A DNA stretch of 64,000 nt from Clostridia bacterium (lineage in GTDB: Bacteria; Bacillota; Clostridia; TANB77; CAG-465): assembly GCA_045604405.1 (NCBI GenBank), contig JAZUNZ010000047.1:14663-78662 (forward strand), in the 5' to 3' direction. Shown here one piece after another: positions 1 through 9,295 of this stretch. The notes below the pieces were generated by a model. That model worked only from the letters and a program-made list of their open reading frames with translations. It was not told the DNA's origin and searched no databases. Both the position numbers and the translations under genes were made by a program. Numbering within the stretch: the first letter of the stretch is position 1; each line of letters starts with the position of its first letter.

Positions 1-1187
1 AATTTGTAGAAACAGCTAAAGAGAAAAAAGAATTTACATATAAAGAGATAGTAGATTTTATGTCAGAAAAAAATCTTACCCCAGAGGAACTTGATGAACT
101 ATATAAAGCTTTAGAAGCTGCTGGAGTAGAAATGGCTTCAGAAGACAAAAAAGATGAAGTTTTAGAGCATGAAGAAGATGATGACGATGACGATATAAAA
201 GCGGGAATAATAGATAAGCTTGCAACAAGCGGAGATGCCGCAAATTCAGTTGCAGAATTAGATATTGAACCAAACTTAGAAGATATAAGTGAAATTGAAA
301 AAAATATTTTGCTAGAAGATATGAACGATTTTTCGTTTATAGATAGCATTAGTGTCGACGATCCTGTAAGAATGTTCTTAAAGGAAATAGGAAAGATACA
401 ACTATTATCTTTAGAAGAAGAAGCGGAACTTGCGGATAAAATGGTAAGCGGAGACAAAAAAGCAAAGCAAAAATTAGTTGAATCTAACCTAAGACTAGTT
501 GTAAGTATAGCAAAAAGATATATTGGACGTGGAATGCACTTCTTAGATTTAATACAAGAAGGAAATCTAGGACTTATTAAAGCAGTAGATAAGTTTGATC
601 CGACTAAAGGATATAAATTTAGTACTTATGCAACATGGTGGATAAGACAAGCAATAACTCGTGCAATAGCTGACCAAGCAAGAACTATAAGAATACCAGT
701 ACATATGGTTGAAACTATAAATCGTCTTATGAGAAACTCAAGACACTTGCTACAAACTTTAGGTAGAGAACCAACTCCTGAAGAAATAGCAGCCGAGATG
801 GAAATACCAGTAGAGAAGGTAAGAGATATTTTAAAAATTTCTCAAGATCCAATATCTTTAGAAACTCCTGTAGGAGAAGAAGATGATAGCAGTGTTGGGA
901 ATTTCATCCCGGATGATGATGCGCCATCTCCATCTGACCAGGCAGCAGACGTGCTTTTAAAAGAACAAATAGAGGAAGTAATGGAAACATTAACTCCAAG
1001 AGAAGCAAGAGTGCTTAGATTAAGATTTGGACTAGAAGATGGAAGAACTAGAACTCTAGAAGAAGTAGGCCGTGAGTTCATGGTAACTAGAGAGAGAATA
1101 AGACAAATAGAAGCTAAAGCTTTAAGAAAATTAAGACATCCATCAAGAAGTAAAAAACTTAAAGACTTTATGAGCACAGATAAATAG
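1..1187 (+). CDS. sigA: RNA polymerase primary sigma factor SigA/RpoD. The 5' end is cut off by the window edge; the frame is open from nt 3.
   Basis: The region 2.4 signature [44 protein letters not shown] and the region 4 [32 protein letters not shown] are both present. The upstream in-frame [10 protein letters not shown] matches the SigA N-terminal region. Confidence 0.95.
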   Translation, partial: FVETAKEKKEFTYKEIVDFMSEKNLTPEELDELYKALEAAGVEMASEDKKDEVLEHEEDDDDDDIKAGIIDKLATSGDAANSVAELDIEPNLEDISEIEKNILLEDMNDFSFIDSISVDDPVRMFLKEIGKIQLLSLEEEAELADKMVSGDKKAKQKLVESNLRLVVSIAKRYIGRGMHFLDLIQEGNLGLIKAVDKFDPTKGYKFSTYATWWIRQAITRAIADQARTIRIPVHMVETINRLMRNSRHLLQTLGREPTPEEIAAEMEIPVEKVRDILKISQDPISLETPVGEEDDSSVGNFIPDDDAPSPSDQAADVLLKEQIEEVMETLTPREARVLRLRFGLEDGRTRTLEEVGREFMVTRERIRQIEAKALRKLRHPSRSKKLKDFMSTDK

Positions 1188-1235
1188 TATAAAAATATTA
1201 TAAAAAATAAATATAATAATACAATAAAACAAAAA

Positions 1236-1270
1236 ATAGCGGAAAGTATTTACTTTCCGTTATTTTTTGT
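1236..1270. terminator. Rho-independent, probably bidirectional, terminator between sigA and the convergent gene.
   Basis: Hairpin GCGGAAAGTA-ttt-ACTTTCCGT followed by a T-run. Confidence 0.7.
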
Positions 1271-1271
1271 T

Positions 1272-1853
1272 TTAGGGGAGCTTAGCCATAAGTCTATTTA
1301 ACTGGAAGCGATATTCCTCTTCAGTCAAAATAGTTTCATGCTTATCATCACATCCCATACTGTGAATCAATATCTTTCCTTTGAATTTAGGAAGGACGAG
1401 ATCTCTGAATATAAAATTATCTTCAAAGAGCCTGTCGTACGCTGTTGTAATAAGAGAAGTGTATTCTTCCGAGTCTCTTACAATAGCTTTACCATTCCAG
1501 TAAAGAAGACCATCCTCGCGCCAATCATGAAGTGAAAATTTTAGCTTCCATGCAAGGTAGCCTGAGTAATTCTCACAGATATACTTTTGGTGCTTAGGAT
1601 CTTGCACACGTAAAGACTGGAGAAAGGATTCCATTGACAGACAGTGTGTCTTATCTTCTTCGCAAGTATAAAAAAGGAATTTATGAGGAAACAGATTAGA
1701 AAGAGCGCTAGAAGTAGTATCTTTATAACCGATGTCGATAGTGTCTTCCAGACTGTTCCAGCCGCATTCACAGACGTAATGAGTATTCATACACATCTTT
1801 GCGTCTTTACCACATAAAGGACATTTGATTACGGGCTTTGAAGTTGAATACAT
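1272..1853 (-). CDS. Hypothetical protein with an N-terminal zinc ribbon (CPLCGK..CECGW). No recognisable family. GC is elevated relative to neighbouring genes.
   Basis: 193-aa ORF with a Cys4 ribbon at the N-terminus. Composition is visibly GC-richer than the surrounding roughly 28-30% GC genes. Confidence 0.5.
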   Translation of the reverse strand: MYSTSKPVIKCPLCGKDAKMCMNTHYVCECGWNSLEDTIDIGYKDTTSSALSNLFPHKFLFYTCEEDKTHCLSMESFLQSLRVQDPKHQKYICENYSGYLAWKLKFSLHDWREDGLLYWNGKAIVRDSEEYTSLITTAYDRLFEDNFIFRDLVLPKFKGKILIHSMGCDDKHETILTEEEYRFQLNRLMAKLP

Positions 1854-1889
1854 ATTTTTTACTCCTTATATAATAATTTGTTATAAGTA

Positions 1890-2588
1890 TCAAGATTGAT
1901 TGCTTGTGCTTGCACTAGAGTCGGTATAAGTTGTAGGGATGAGGAATTCATCTAGAATAGATACAACATGGAAATATTCTTCGCTAGGATATTTTATAAG
2001 AATATCATAGACGACCTGCATTTTATTAGCATACACATTTCCATTTTCCACAAGATTTTTCTCTGTAAGTCTATAAGAGGAGAAGCCGGATGCGCCATAA
2101 TCTCCGCAAACAAAGCCCCAACCCTCAATCAAGTCCTTGCTAAAGCCTTCTATAGCAAATTGATTTTGGTATTGATACTTATCTGATACAAGGAATCCAT
2201 CTTGAGAATAACCGTGGAAAGAATCGTCCATAGAATCTTGAGTTAGACCATCTAACTGAGGCAGTGTGGATTTTAAAGACAGGTCTATATGAACATGTTC
2301 GATTAATATTATTGTTCCTTTAGGAGCATTTTTAACCGAAGCTGTCATATTAATAACTTTAGAGTCTGTAATTCTCCAACGATTTAAGTCATAGTCGCCT
2401 GTAGTGTATGTGGTTATAAACTCAAAATCTTCTATAACATGTGTTTTTTTCAAAACACTACCATTTAATGGGGTTAGAGTAGGCAAGTTTTCTTCTTTAG
2501 GTACTGTTTCGATTTCCTCATCAAGACATCCTGTCAGTGCAAAAAGTGCAACAAAAACGACCAATAAAAATGTTAAATACCGTTTCAT
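1890..2588 (-). CDS. Putative lipoprotein.
   Basis: N-terminal MKRYLTFLLVVFVALFALTGC is a lipobox with Cys. 232 aa, no other motif recognised. Confidence 0.6.
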   Translation of the reverse strand: MKRYLTFLLVVFVALFALTGCLDEEIETVPKEENLPTLTPLNGSVLKKTHVIEDFEFITTYTTGDYDLNRWRITDSKVINMTASVKNAPKGTIILIEHVHIDLSLKSTLPQLDGLTQDSMDDSFHGYSQDGFLVSDKYQYQNQFAIEGFSKDLIEGWGFVCGDYGASGFSSYRLTEKNLVENGNVYANKMQVVYDILIKYPSEEYFHVVSILDEFLIPTTYTDSSASTSNQS

Positions 2589-2732
2589 AATATTCCTCCA
2601 AGTTTAAAAATATTAAATTTTGCCTTCATCGCTAATAAGAGATGAACTATGTTATGAACGTACAAAATATTATATCACAAGTTGTCATAATATTCAAGAA
2701 AACGTGTTTGAATATACGATGAGATTAAAAAA

Positions 2733-3115
2733 TTAAAAGATATTTACGCGATAATTTGCATATTTATTTGAGATAGTAATAGTGTTAGAGTTTTCTATTT
2801 TATCTGAAGGGATTAGATACATGGATGAATCTGCTAAAAAGACAAATAATAAGTCTACAGAAGTATTCTTAAATGTTTTGTATGTTGTGCCTTTAGTGCC
2901 ACCACAACTTTTTAGGGCAACTTGGAAATGATTATATCTAGTTTTACAACCGCTAGATTTTACTTGCACCGTTTGTATAATTTTATTCTTTTAGATGATT
3001 AGGTCATAATCTTGAGTATCGTTAAGAGGGATAGATACGGTGTAACCTTTTGAAGAAAAATATGCTATTGCCACTCCTAAAGCAGTATTACCTTTTTCTT
3101 TATTTGTAGAAAATT
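2733..3115 (-). pseudogene. PD-(D/E)xK-type nuclease gene, Hjc/Vsr/YraN-like in its motif pattern, interrupted by an in-frame TAA at about 2992-2994.
   Basis: One reading frame gives ..NTALGVAIAYFSSKGYTVSIPLNDTQDYDLII*KNKIIQTVQVKSSGCK.., which is the D-x-D/E..QVK core of the restriction-endonuclease fold. RBS GGAGG at 3126-3130. No clean ATG start. Confidence 0.45.
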
Positions 3116-3169
3116 TAATAAATAACCTCCTAGAAAATAAAAAAATACAAGTATTAAAATACTTGCATT

Positions 3170-3480
3170 TGGTGGGAGGGGATGGATTCGAACCATCGTA
3201 AGCGAACGCTAACAGATTTCTTACTACTATAACTTTCGTTACCAAACAAATTGTTTGTAGTCTGGACTTTCTCTTTATCTCCAAATAGAAGATACCCGGT
3301 ATAAAGTCTCTACACTCAAAGATTAAATCTTTTAGCTCGGGATTGCCATCAGCATTACCTGTTAAGGTTTCCCCGAATTAGCCAGGTTATCATCATACAA
3401 TTACTTGTATGAGCTGCAAGTTTAGGTTTTTGAAACCAAAGACCACAGTCTGCCTCCTTTAGCCACTCGGACACCCGCCC
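3170..3480 (-). tRNA. tRNA-Tyr(GUA) gene interrupted in the anticodon loop by a 225-nt group I intron. Exons are 3445-3480 and 3170-3219.
   Basis: The 5' exon is GGGCGGGTGTCCGAGTGGCTAAAGGAGGCAGACTGT. The 3' exon is AAATCTGTTAGCGTTCGCTTACGATGGTTCGAATCCATCCCCTCCCACCA. Joined, they give an 86-nt class II tRNA with anticodon loop CTGTAAA. It is close to Bacillus tRNA-Tyr (GGAGGGGTAGCGAAGTGGCTAAACGCGGCGGACTGTAAATCCGC...). The acceptor stem has one C4:U69 mismatch. Confidence 0.75.
3220..3444 (-). ncRNA. Group I intron of the tRNA-intron family, the same family as the Azoarcus tRNA-Ile and cyanobacterial tRNA-Leu/fMet introns.
   Basis: The 5' exon ends in U and the intron ends in G (..GTAGTAAG). 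The P1 candidate is CUGU:GCAG. The P2 hairpin is CATACAAGTAATTGTATG with a GNRA loop. The core motifs AATTCGGGGAAACCTTAACAGG, GATGGCAATCCCGAGCTAA and GAGTGTAGAGACTTTATACCGGG closely parallel the Azoarcus intron's AAUUCGGCGAAACCUAAGCG, AUGGCAACGCCGAGCC and GUGUAGAGACUAGACGG. Confidence 0.7.
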
Positions 3481-3507
3481 ATATAATATATATTCACTAC
3501 TTATGTG

Positions 3508-3584
3508 TGGTGGGCCTTCAAGGATTCGAACCTTGGACCCACCGGTTATGAGCCGGTTGCTCTGACCAACTGAGCTAAAGGCCC
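3508..3584 (-). tRNA. tRNA with anticodon CAU. It is either elongator tRNA-Met or tRNA-Ile2 (the lysidine type); the two cannot be told apart from sequence alone.
   Basis: The 77-nt sequence GGGCCTTTAGCTCAGTTGGTCAGAGCAACCGGCTCATAACCGGTGGGTCCAAGGTTCGAATCCTTGAAGGCCCACCA forms a perfect cloverleaf with encoded CCA. Confidence 0.9.
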
Positions 3585-3679
3585 ACACTTCGTAGTGAAC
3601 AGTATTATTATAATTAATTTATAATTATTTGTCAATAGAAATTTGTAATTTTTTTAAATATTTTTTGCTGTTAACATAA

Positions 3680-4774
3680 CTATACGTTGAACTTGAATAA
3701 TATAATGTCACCATCTTGTACTACATATTCTTTTCCTTCAAGTCTTACTAACCCTTTATCCCTAGCGCCGGCATATGTCCCAGATGCTATTAAGTCGTCG
3801 TATGATACAATTTCTGCTTTTATAAAACCGCGCTCAAAATCTGTATGTATTTTTCCGGCAGCTTGAGGTGCTTTTGTACCTTTAGTAATTGTCCATGCAC
3901 GGACTTCTTGTTTACCTGCTGTAAGATAAGAGATAAGGTTTAATAATTCATAGCTCTTAACAGCTAAAAGATCAAGGCCAGAATGTTTCATGCCATAGTC
4001 TTGCATAAGCATCATTTTATCTTCATCATCTAATTCAGATAGCTCTTCTTCAAGCTTGGCACAAAGTGGAATACAGATAGTATTTTCTGCTAAGGCATAT
4101 TCTTTAACCTTATTTACATTTGCGTCTGTATCAATACTTGAAAGTTGATCTTCATTTACATTTGCAATATATATTACTTTTTTAGATGTAAGCAAGAATA
4201 GGTCAGAAATTAATGCTTGTTCTTCTTTAGATATTTCAACAGTTCTTGCAGGTAATCCTTGCTCTAATTTATCTTTAATTCTATTTAGCACTTCAACCTC
4301 TAAAAGGGCATCTTTGTCGTGAGATTTAGCTTGTTTATTTGCTCTTTCAAGTCTACGATTTATAGTTTCAATATCTGAGAAAATTAATTCTAAATTTATA
4401 GTTTCAATGTCAGCTAAAGGATCAATTTTCCCTTCAACATGTACTATATCTTTGTTTTCAAAACATCTTACAACGTGTACTATAGCATCAACTTCACGTA
4501 TATGAGCAAGGAACTTATTACCTAATCCTTCGCCTTTTGAAGCACCTTTTACAAGACCTGCAATGTCTACGAATTCTATAACAGCGTATGTAGTTTTTAA
4601 AGCGTCATACATTTTAGTTAAAACTTCTAATCTTTCATCTGGAACAAGCACAGTTCCAATATTTGGTTCTATTGTACAGAATGGATAATTTGCACTTTCA
4701 GCACCAGCTTTTGTAATGGCGTTGAATAATGTGCTCTTTCCAACATTTGGTAAACCTACTATACCTAATTTCAA
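3680..4774 (-). CDS. ychF: Ribosome-binding ATPase YchF (Obg-like GTPase family).
   Basis: MKLGIVGLPNVGKSTLFNAIT P-loop, a TGS-like C-terminus, 364 aa. Confidence 0.93.
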   Translation of the reverse strand: MKLGIVGLPNVGKSTLFNAITKAGAESANYPFCTIEPNIGTVLVPDERLEVLTKMYDALKTTYAVIEFVDIAGLVKGASKGEGLGNKFLAHIREVDAIVHVVRCFENKDIVHVEGKIDPLADIETINLELIFSDIETINRRLERANKQAKSHDKDALLEVEVLNRIKDKLEQGLPARTVEISKEEQALISDLFLLTSKKVIYIANVNEDQLSSIDTDANVNKVKEYALAENTICIPLCAKLEEELSELDDEDKMMLMQDYGMKHSGLDLLAVKSYELLNLISYLTAGKQEVRAWTITKGTKAPQAAGKIHTDFERGFIKAEIVSYDDLIASGTYAGARDKGLVRLEGKEYVVQDGDIILFKFNV

Positions 4775-4907
4775 TTAAATCACTCCCTTTAAAGTCTGTC
4801 ATATTATATACTAAAAAGTAAAAAAAGTAAAGGAATAATTGACTTTTTACCCGCTATAGTATATAGTTATATAGACATAACATATATGAAAAATAAAGGA
4901 GATACAT

Positions 4908-6575
4908 ATGATAGAAGAATTAAAAAACAAAAAGATAAAAGTAAGTATGAGTCAAACAGAACAGATAATAGTAAAGTATAATACGAAGGTAAGAGATGTA
5001 TTATCTTTATTGGATATGGAAGATAAAGACATATTAGCAGTTAAGGTAAATAACAGCATAAGAAGTTTAGATTATATGCTTTGCGAAAACTCTCATATGA
5101 CTCCAGTAAGATATAACAGCGCAGACGGTTATAGAATATACATACGCACGGTTAAATTTATGCTTTACATGGCACTTAAACGTTTATATCCATCTTTGGA
5201 CATAGAAGTATGTAACACAATAGATGGAATTATATATTTTATATGTAAGGATGTGCAATTTACAGACGATATGGCTGTTGAACTGCTAAAGGAAATGAGA
5301 ACAATTGTAAAAAATGATTCTAAGTTCGATAGAAAAGTAGTAACTTTTGAAGAAGCAAAATATTTATTTGAACTTTCTAAAAATGAAAATGTATTAGACA
5401 ATATGGCAATTAGAATGTCACCACATTTAACCATACATATATCTGAAAATATATATGGCTTAACAGATGGAATCTTAGCGCCAAGTGCCAGTTATGCTCC
5501 AGACTTTAATATTAAAAAGTTTAGACGAGGCTTTGCACTAATTGTTCCAAAACAAGACAATAGAAAAGTTATAGTAGACAAGATAAACGACAGTCCACTT
5601 TATAGTGTATTTGAAGAAAGAGCAGATTTTTTAGATATAATAAAAGTAAGAAGTGTATCTGAGCTTAATCGCAAAGTTATAGATGGTAGCATAAAGGATG
5701 TAATACGTGTTAATGAAGCAGAACATAATAGAAAATTTGCAGAGCTTGTAATGGACATTAAAGCAAAAGGTAAAAAAAGATTAATCCTTATTGCAGGTCC
5801 TTCTTCATCAGGAAAGACTACATTTGCTAATAGACTATGCACAAATCTAAAAACAATAGGGTACAATCCACATGTGATTTCTATGGATAACTACTTTAAA
5901 GAAAGAGTAGACACACCACTGCAACCTAATGGCGAATATGATTTTGAAACTATAGATGCCTTAGACTTAAAACTGTTTAATTCAGACATGAACAAGTTGT
6001 TTCTTGGCAAAAAAATAAATATGCCAGAATTTAACTTTTTAACAGGTTGTAAGGAGTATCCAGGAAATTATTTAAAACTTGAAGATAATGATGTAGTAAT
6101 TCTTGAAGGAATTCATGCATTAAATCCAAAACTTTTAAATGATGTGGATGATTCTTTAAAATACAGAATATATATTGCGCCGATGACGACGCTTAGTATA
6201 GATGATTTTTCTAAGGTATCCACTACAGATACTAGAATGCTAAGAAGAATATTAAGAGACTACAAGAATAGAGGGCATGAAGTGGAAAAAACACTTGGTA
6301 TGTGGTCGAACCTAATGAGAGGGGAAACAAAATATATATATCCATATATTAAATATGCAGACTATATATTTAACACAAGTTTTGTATATGAGATAGGAGC
6401 TATAAGAACATTCGTGGAGCCATTATTACTTAAGGTGGATACAACGAGTCCATATTTTTCTGAAGCAAGGCGACTTTATCATTTTATACAAAAATTCTTA
6501 CCTATAGAAACTACAGAAATACCTTTAGAAAGTATTATTAGAGAATTTATAGGAAATTCAAGCTTTAAGAGATAG
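4908..6575 (+). CDS. Uridine kinase-family protein with an N-terminal TGS domain.
   Basis: KKRLILIAGPSSSGKTTFANRL P-loop and a DNYFK region typical of Udk/PRK kinases. The N-terminal roughly 60 aa is ThrRS/TGS-like. Confidence 0.75.
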   Translation: MIEELKNKKIKVSMSQTEQIIVKYNTKVRDVLSLLDMEDKDILAVKVNNSIRSLDYMLCENSHMTPVRYNSADGYRIYIRTVKFMLYMALKRLYPSLDIEVCNTIDGIIYFICKDVQFTDDMAVELLKEMRTIVKNDSKFDRKVVTFEEAKYLFELSKNENVLDNMAIRMSPHLTIHISENIYGLTDGILAPSASYAPDFNIKKFRRGFALIVPKQDNRKVIVDKINDSPLYSVFEERADFLDIIKVRSVSELNRKVIDGSIKDVIRVNEAEHNRKFAELVMDIKAKGKKRLILIAGPSSSGKTTFANRLCTNLKTIGYNPHVISMDNYFKERVDTPLQPNGEYDFETIDALDLKLFNSDMNKLFLGKKINMPEFNFLTGCKEYPGNYLKLEDNDVVILEGIHALNPKLLNDVDDSLKYRIYIAPMTTLSIDDFSKVSTTDTRMLRRILRDYKNRGHEVEKTLGMWSNLMRGETKYIYPYIKYADYIFNTSFVYEIGAIRTFVEPLLLKVDTTSPYFSEARRLYHFIQKFLPIETTEIPLESIIREFIGNSSFKR

Positions 6576-6592
6576 AAAGGAAGCATAAGCAC

Positions 6593-6910
6593 ATGTTTTT
6601 AAAAAACGATCAGTCTTTTATATGTGTTAATTGTGGAAGCCAAGTTGAAAAACTTGGCTACACTTCTAGAGACCATTGCAATAAATGCCTATATTCGTTG
6701 CATGTAGACATTGAGCCTGGGGACAGGCTCAATGAATGCAAAGGTATGCTTAAACCTATAAATGTGTTAGACACGGGTAAAAAACATATGCAAATAGAGT
6801 ATATTTGCACAAAATGTGGAAAAAAGACTAGAAACATTGTGGCAGCTGACGATAGCAAAGAGGAAATTTTAAATATAGTTAGAAATTATGCAAAAGCAGG
6901 AGGAAGATAA
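6593..6910 (+). CDS. Small Cys-rich zinc-ribbon protein, probably RNHCP-domain family.
   Basis: CVNCGS..CNKC..CTKCGKK cysteine pairs. The ORF ends 1 nt before argS begins. Confidence 0.45.
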   Translation: MFLKNDQSFICVNCGSQVEKLGYTSRDHCNKCLYSLHVDIEPGDRLNECKGMLKPINVLDTGKKHMQIEYICTKCGKKTRNIVAADDSKEEILNIVRNYAKAGGR

Positions 6911-8614
6911 ATGGATAATATAAAGCAAAACATCGCTACAGCTATAGCTAAAGTATTAGAGATGGATGTAGAGGAAATAAAACAAAATATTGAGAAGCCA
7001 AAAATGAGCGATATGGGAGACTTTGCGTATCCTTGCTTTAGACTAGCAAGTAAGTTTAAAAAAGCACCACCAATCATTGCAAATGAAATAAAGGACAAGC
7101 TAGCTATAATTGATGGGGTAGCTAAAATAGAAGTTGTAGCAGGATATATAAACTTTTTTGCAGATAGTAATAAAGTAGCTCAAACAGTAGTTAAACAAAT
7201 AGTAGAAGAAGGAGATAATTGCTATAAACTAGATGAAGGTGTTGGCAAAACAATATGTATAGATTATTCTTCACCTAATATTGCCAAACCTTTCCACATA
7301 GGACATTTACGTTCTACAGTAATTGGTGCGGCTTTAGTAAAGATATATAAAGCATTAGGATATAATGTAGTTGGAATAAATCATTTAGGAGATTTTGGTA
7401 CACAGTTTGGTTATGTTATAGAGGGTTACAAAAGATTTGGTAAGGACTATGATCTAACTACTGAACCAATAAAGAAGCTAGTTGAAATTTATGTAAAAAT
7501 AAATGAAATGGCAAAAGATGATGAAGCAATAGTAGAAAGCGCAAGAAAGAATTTCGCGCTTTTGGAAGCTGGAGACGAGGAAACAGTAGCTTTATGGGAA
7601 AGATTTAGAGCCTTAAGTCTGGAAGAATACAAAAAGATATATGATATATTAGGTATTACGTTTGATTCATACAATGGCGAAGCTTTCTATAACGACAAAA
7701 TGGATGAAATAGTAGATATTCTAAAAGAAAAGAACAAGCTTGTGGAAAGCGAAGGCGCTAAGGTGGTAGAACTAGAAACAGAAAAAGTTCCTTGTATGAT
7801 ACTTAAAACTAATGGCTCTACTACTTATGCAACACGTGATCTTGCAGCAATACTTTATAGGGCAAGAACTTATGATTATACTAAGTGTTTATACCTTACA
7901 GGTTATGAACAAATCTTACACTTTAAGCAAATATTTGAAACTGCAAAATATATTGTAGATGAAAAATATGTTACTGGATTAACACATGTGCCATTTGGCA
8001 TGGTGCTAGGACCAGGCGGAAAGAAACTATCTACTCGTAAAGGCGCTTCTACTACAATAAAAGATGTAATAGATGAAGCGGTAGATAAGGCTTATCTTGT
8101 TTTAGAATCTAAAGGAAAAACAGGAGAAGACGCAGAAAGAATTGCAAGTAGTGTTGGTATAGGAGCTGTAATATTTAACGACCTTAAAAATAATAGAATA
8201 AAAGATGAAATATTTGACCTTGATGAAATGTTAAAATTTGAAGGAGAAACAGGTCCGTATGTCCAATATACATATGTAAGAACTAACAGCATAATGAAAA
8301 AAGCAGAGGTTGAGATTAATATACACAATATAGATTTAAGTAAGCTTCAGGCTAAAGAAGAAATTGAGCTTATAAAGCTTCTTGCAAATAGAAAAAATGT
8401 TGTAAAAGAAGCAGCAAAGGAAAATGAACCTTCAATACTTACAAGATATATAATAGACGTAGCAAGTAGCTTTTCAAAATATTATAATGAATGTCAAATA
8501 ATAGTAGATGATGAGAGCTTAAAATTAGCAAGACTTGCGCTCGTTAAAGCAACAGGATACGTATTAAAAAATGGCCTTGAAATGCTTGGAATAAATGCGC
8601 CAGAAAAAATGTAA
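6911..8614 (+). CDS. argS: Arginine--tRNA ligase.
   Basis: Class I HIGH motif (PFHIGHLRS), 567 aa, with ArgRS N-terminal and anticodon-binding domain architecture. Confidence 0.95.
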   Translation: MDNIKQNIATAIAKVLEMDVEEIKQNIEKPKMSDMGDFAYPCFRLASKFKKAPPIIANEIKDKLAIIDGVAKIEVVAGYINFFADSNKVAQTVVKQIVEEGDNCYKLDEGVGKTICIDYSSPNIAKPFHIGHLRSTVIGAALVKIYKALGYNVVGINHLGDFGTQFGYVIEGYKRFGKDYDLTTEPIKKLVEIYVKINEMAKDDEAIVESARKNFALLEAGDEETVALWERFRALSLEEYKKIYDILGITFDSYNGEAFYNDKMDEIVDILKEKNKLVESEGAKVVELETEKVPCMILKTNGSTTYATRDLAAILYRARTYDYTKCLYLTGYEQILHFKQIFETAKYIVDEKYVTGLTHVPFGMVLGPGGKKLSTRKGASTTIKDVIDEAVDKAYLVLESKGKTGEDAERIASSVGIGAVIFNDLKNNRIKDEIFDLDEMLKFEGETGPYVQYTYVRTNSIMKKAEVEINIHNIDLSKLQAKEEIELIKLLANRKNVVKEAAKENEPSILTRYIIDVASSFSKYYNECQIIVDDESLKLARLALVKATGYVLKNGLEMLGINAPEKM

Positions 8615-8649
8615 AAAACAAAAAGGGAAGTCGTATTGACTTTCTTTTT

Positions 8650-9290
8650 TATCACGAATTGGTAGTTAATTAAAACAATAATATGTGAATTAAAGTGGGT
8701 GTATTAGGACGGAAGCTATTCATAAATTTGACTTTTTAGCATAATAATGTTATAATATATAACGTATGGCACATTATTCTAGTCGGACTTAACTGTTTTA
8801 GGATGGGCCTAAAAATCCATCGAATAGCACATTAATGGCGTCTTGTATTTATGCTTCTTTCGCCCAGATTGGGGTGTGAGTATAAGGGGTAAAGATTAAG
8901 GTAAATTATATAATGGCATATATGACTCGCCTTTTTCAGCCACACAAATAGTGTAGACCTTTATATAGAGAGTACTATATAATTGTAGCTAGTCGTGCGT
9001 GAAACTTCGGGATAAATGAAACTCTGTTTTGAAATTAGTTTTGCAAAAGCGAATAAGAACAGTGGAAATCCGTCAGGGAAAACCTCTAGAATGTCACAAA
9101 AAGTGAATGTTTTAAGGATTACAGTGTGGACTAAGTGGTAATCAAGTAGCCAGCTAGGCGACAGCTGGATGCCAGTCTTAAAGGGAAACCGCTACAAGGT
9201 AACAAGTAGTGACTAGTAGGGAAATCCGACTTGACCTCAAGCCACAAAATTTACTTAAATCATTGCCATATCATATATAGTATAAAAGGA
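8650..9290 (+). promoter_or_regulatory. Unusually long (about 640 nt) structured untranslated region between the argS terminator and a small membrane-protein gene. It may be a riboswitch leader or an sRNA; the class is not identified.
   Basis: Several stable hairpins are visible (CCAGCTAGGCGACAGCTGG; repeated GGAAATCCG..C motifs at about 9068 and about 9215; GGGAAACCGC). The stretch is GC-richer than neighbouring intergenic DNA. No ORF runs through it. Confidence 0.35.
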
Positions 9291-9295
9291 AGAAA

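Noticed and set aside
3170-3480. A tRNA-like 3' end followed by roughly 300 nt of structured RNA looked at first like tmRNA (ssrA).
   Set aside because: There is no GGGG..GGATTCGAC tRNA-like 5' domain, no tag-peptide reading frame ending ALAA-stop, and the 5' part is a clear class II tRNA D-arm. A tRNA-Tyr split by a group I intron explains every segment.
3355-3588. 77-aa and 97-aa minus-strand ORFs (3355-3588, 2991-3284).
   Set aside because: They overlap the tRNA genes and the intron. The 2991-3284 frame only becomes meaningful in its last roughly 35 codons, as part of the nuclease pseudogene.
8640-9295. FMN, cobalamin, T-box or c-di-GMP riboswitch assignment for the long leader.
   Set aside because: Only partial motif resemblances were seen (ACAGTGGAAATCC..GGGAAAACC against the FMN 3' half; GGGAAACCGC against the T-box). 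Core conserved blocks could not be matched by eye, so the class is left open.
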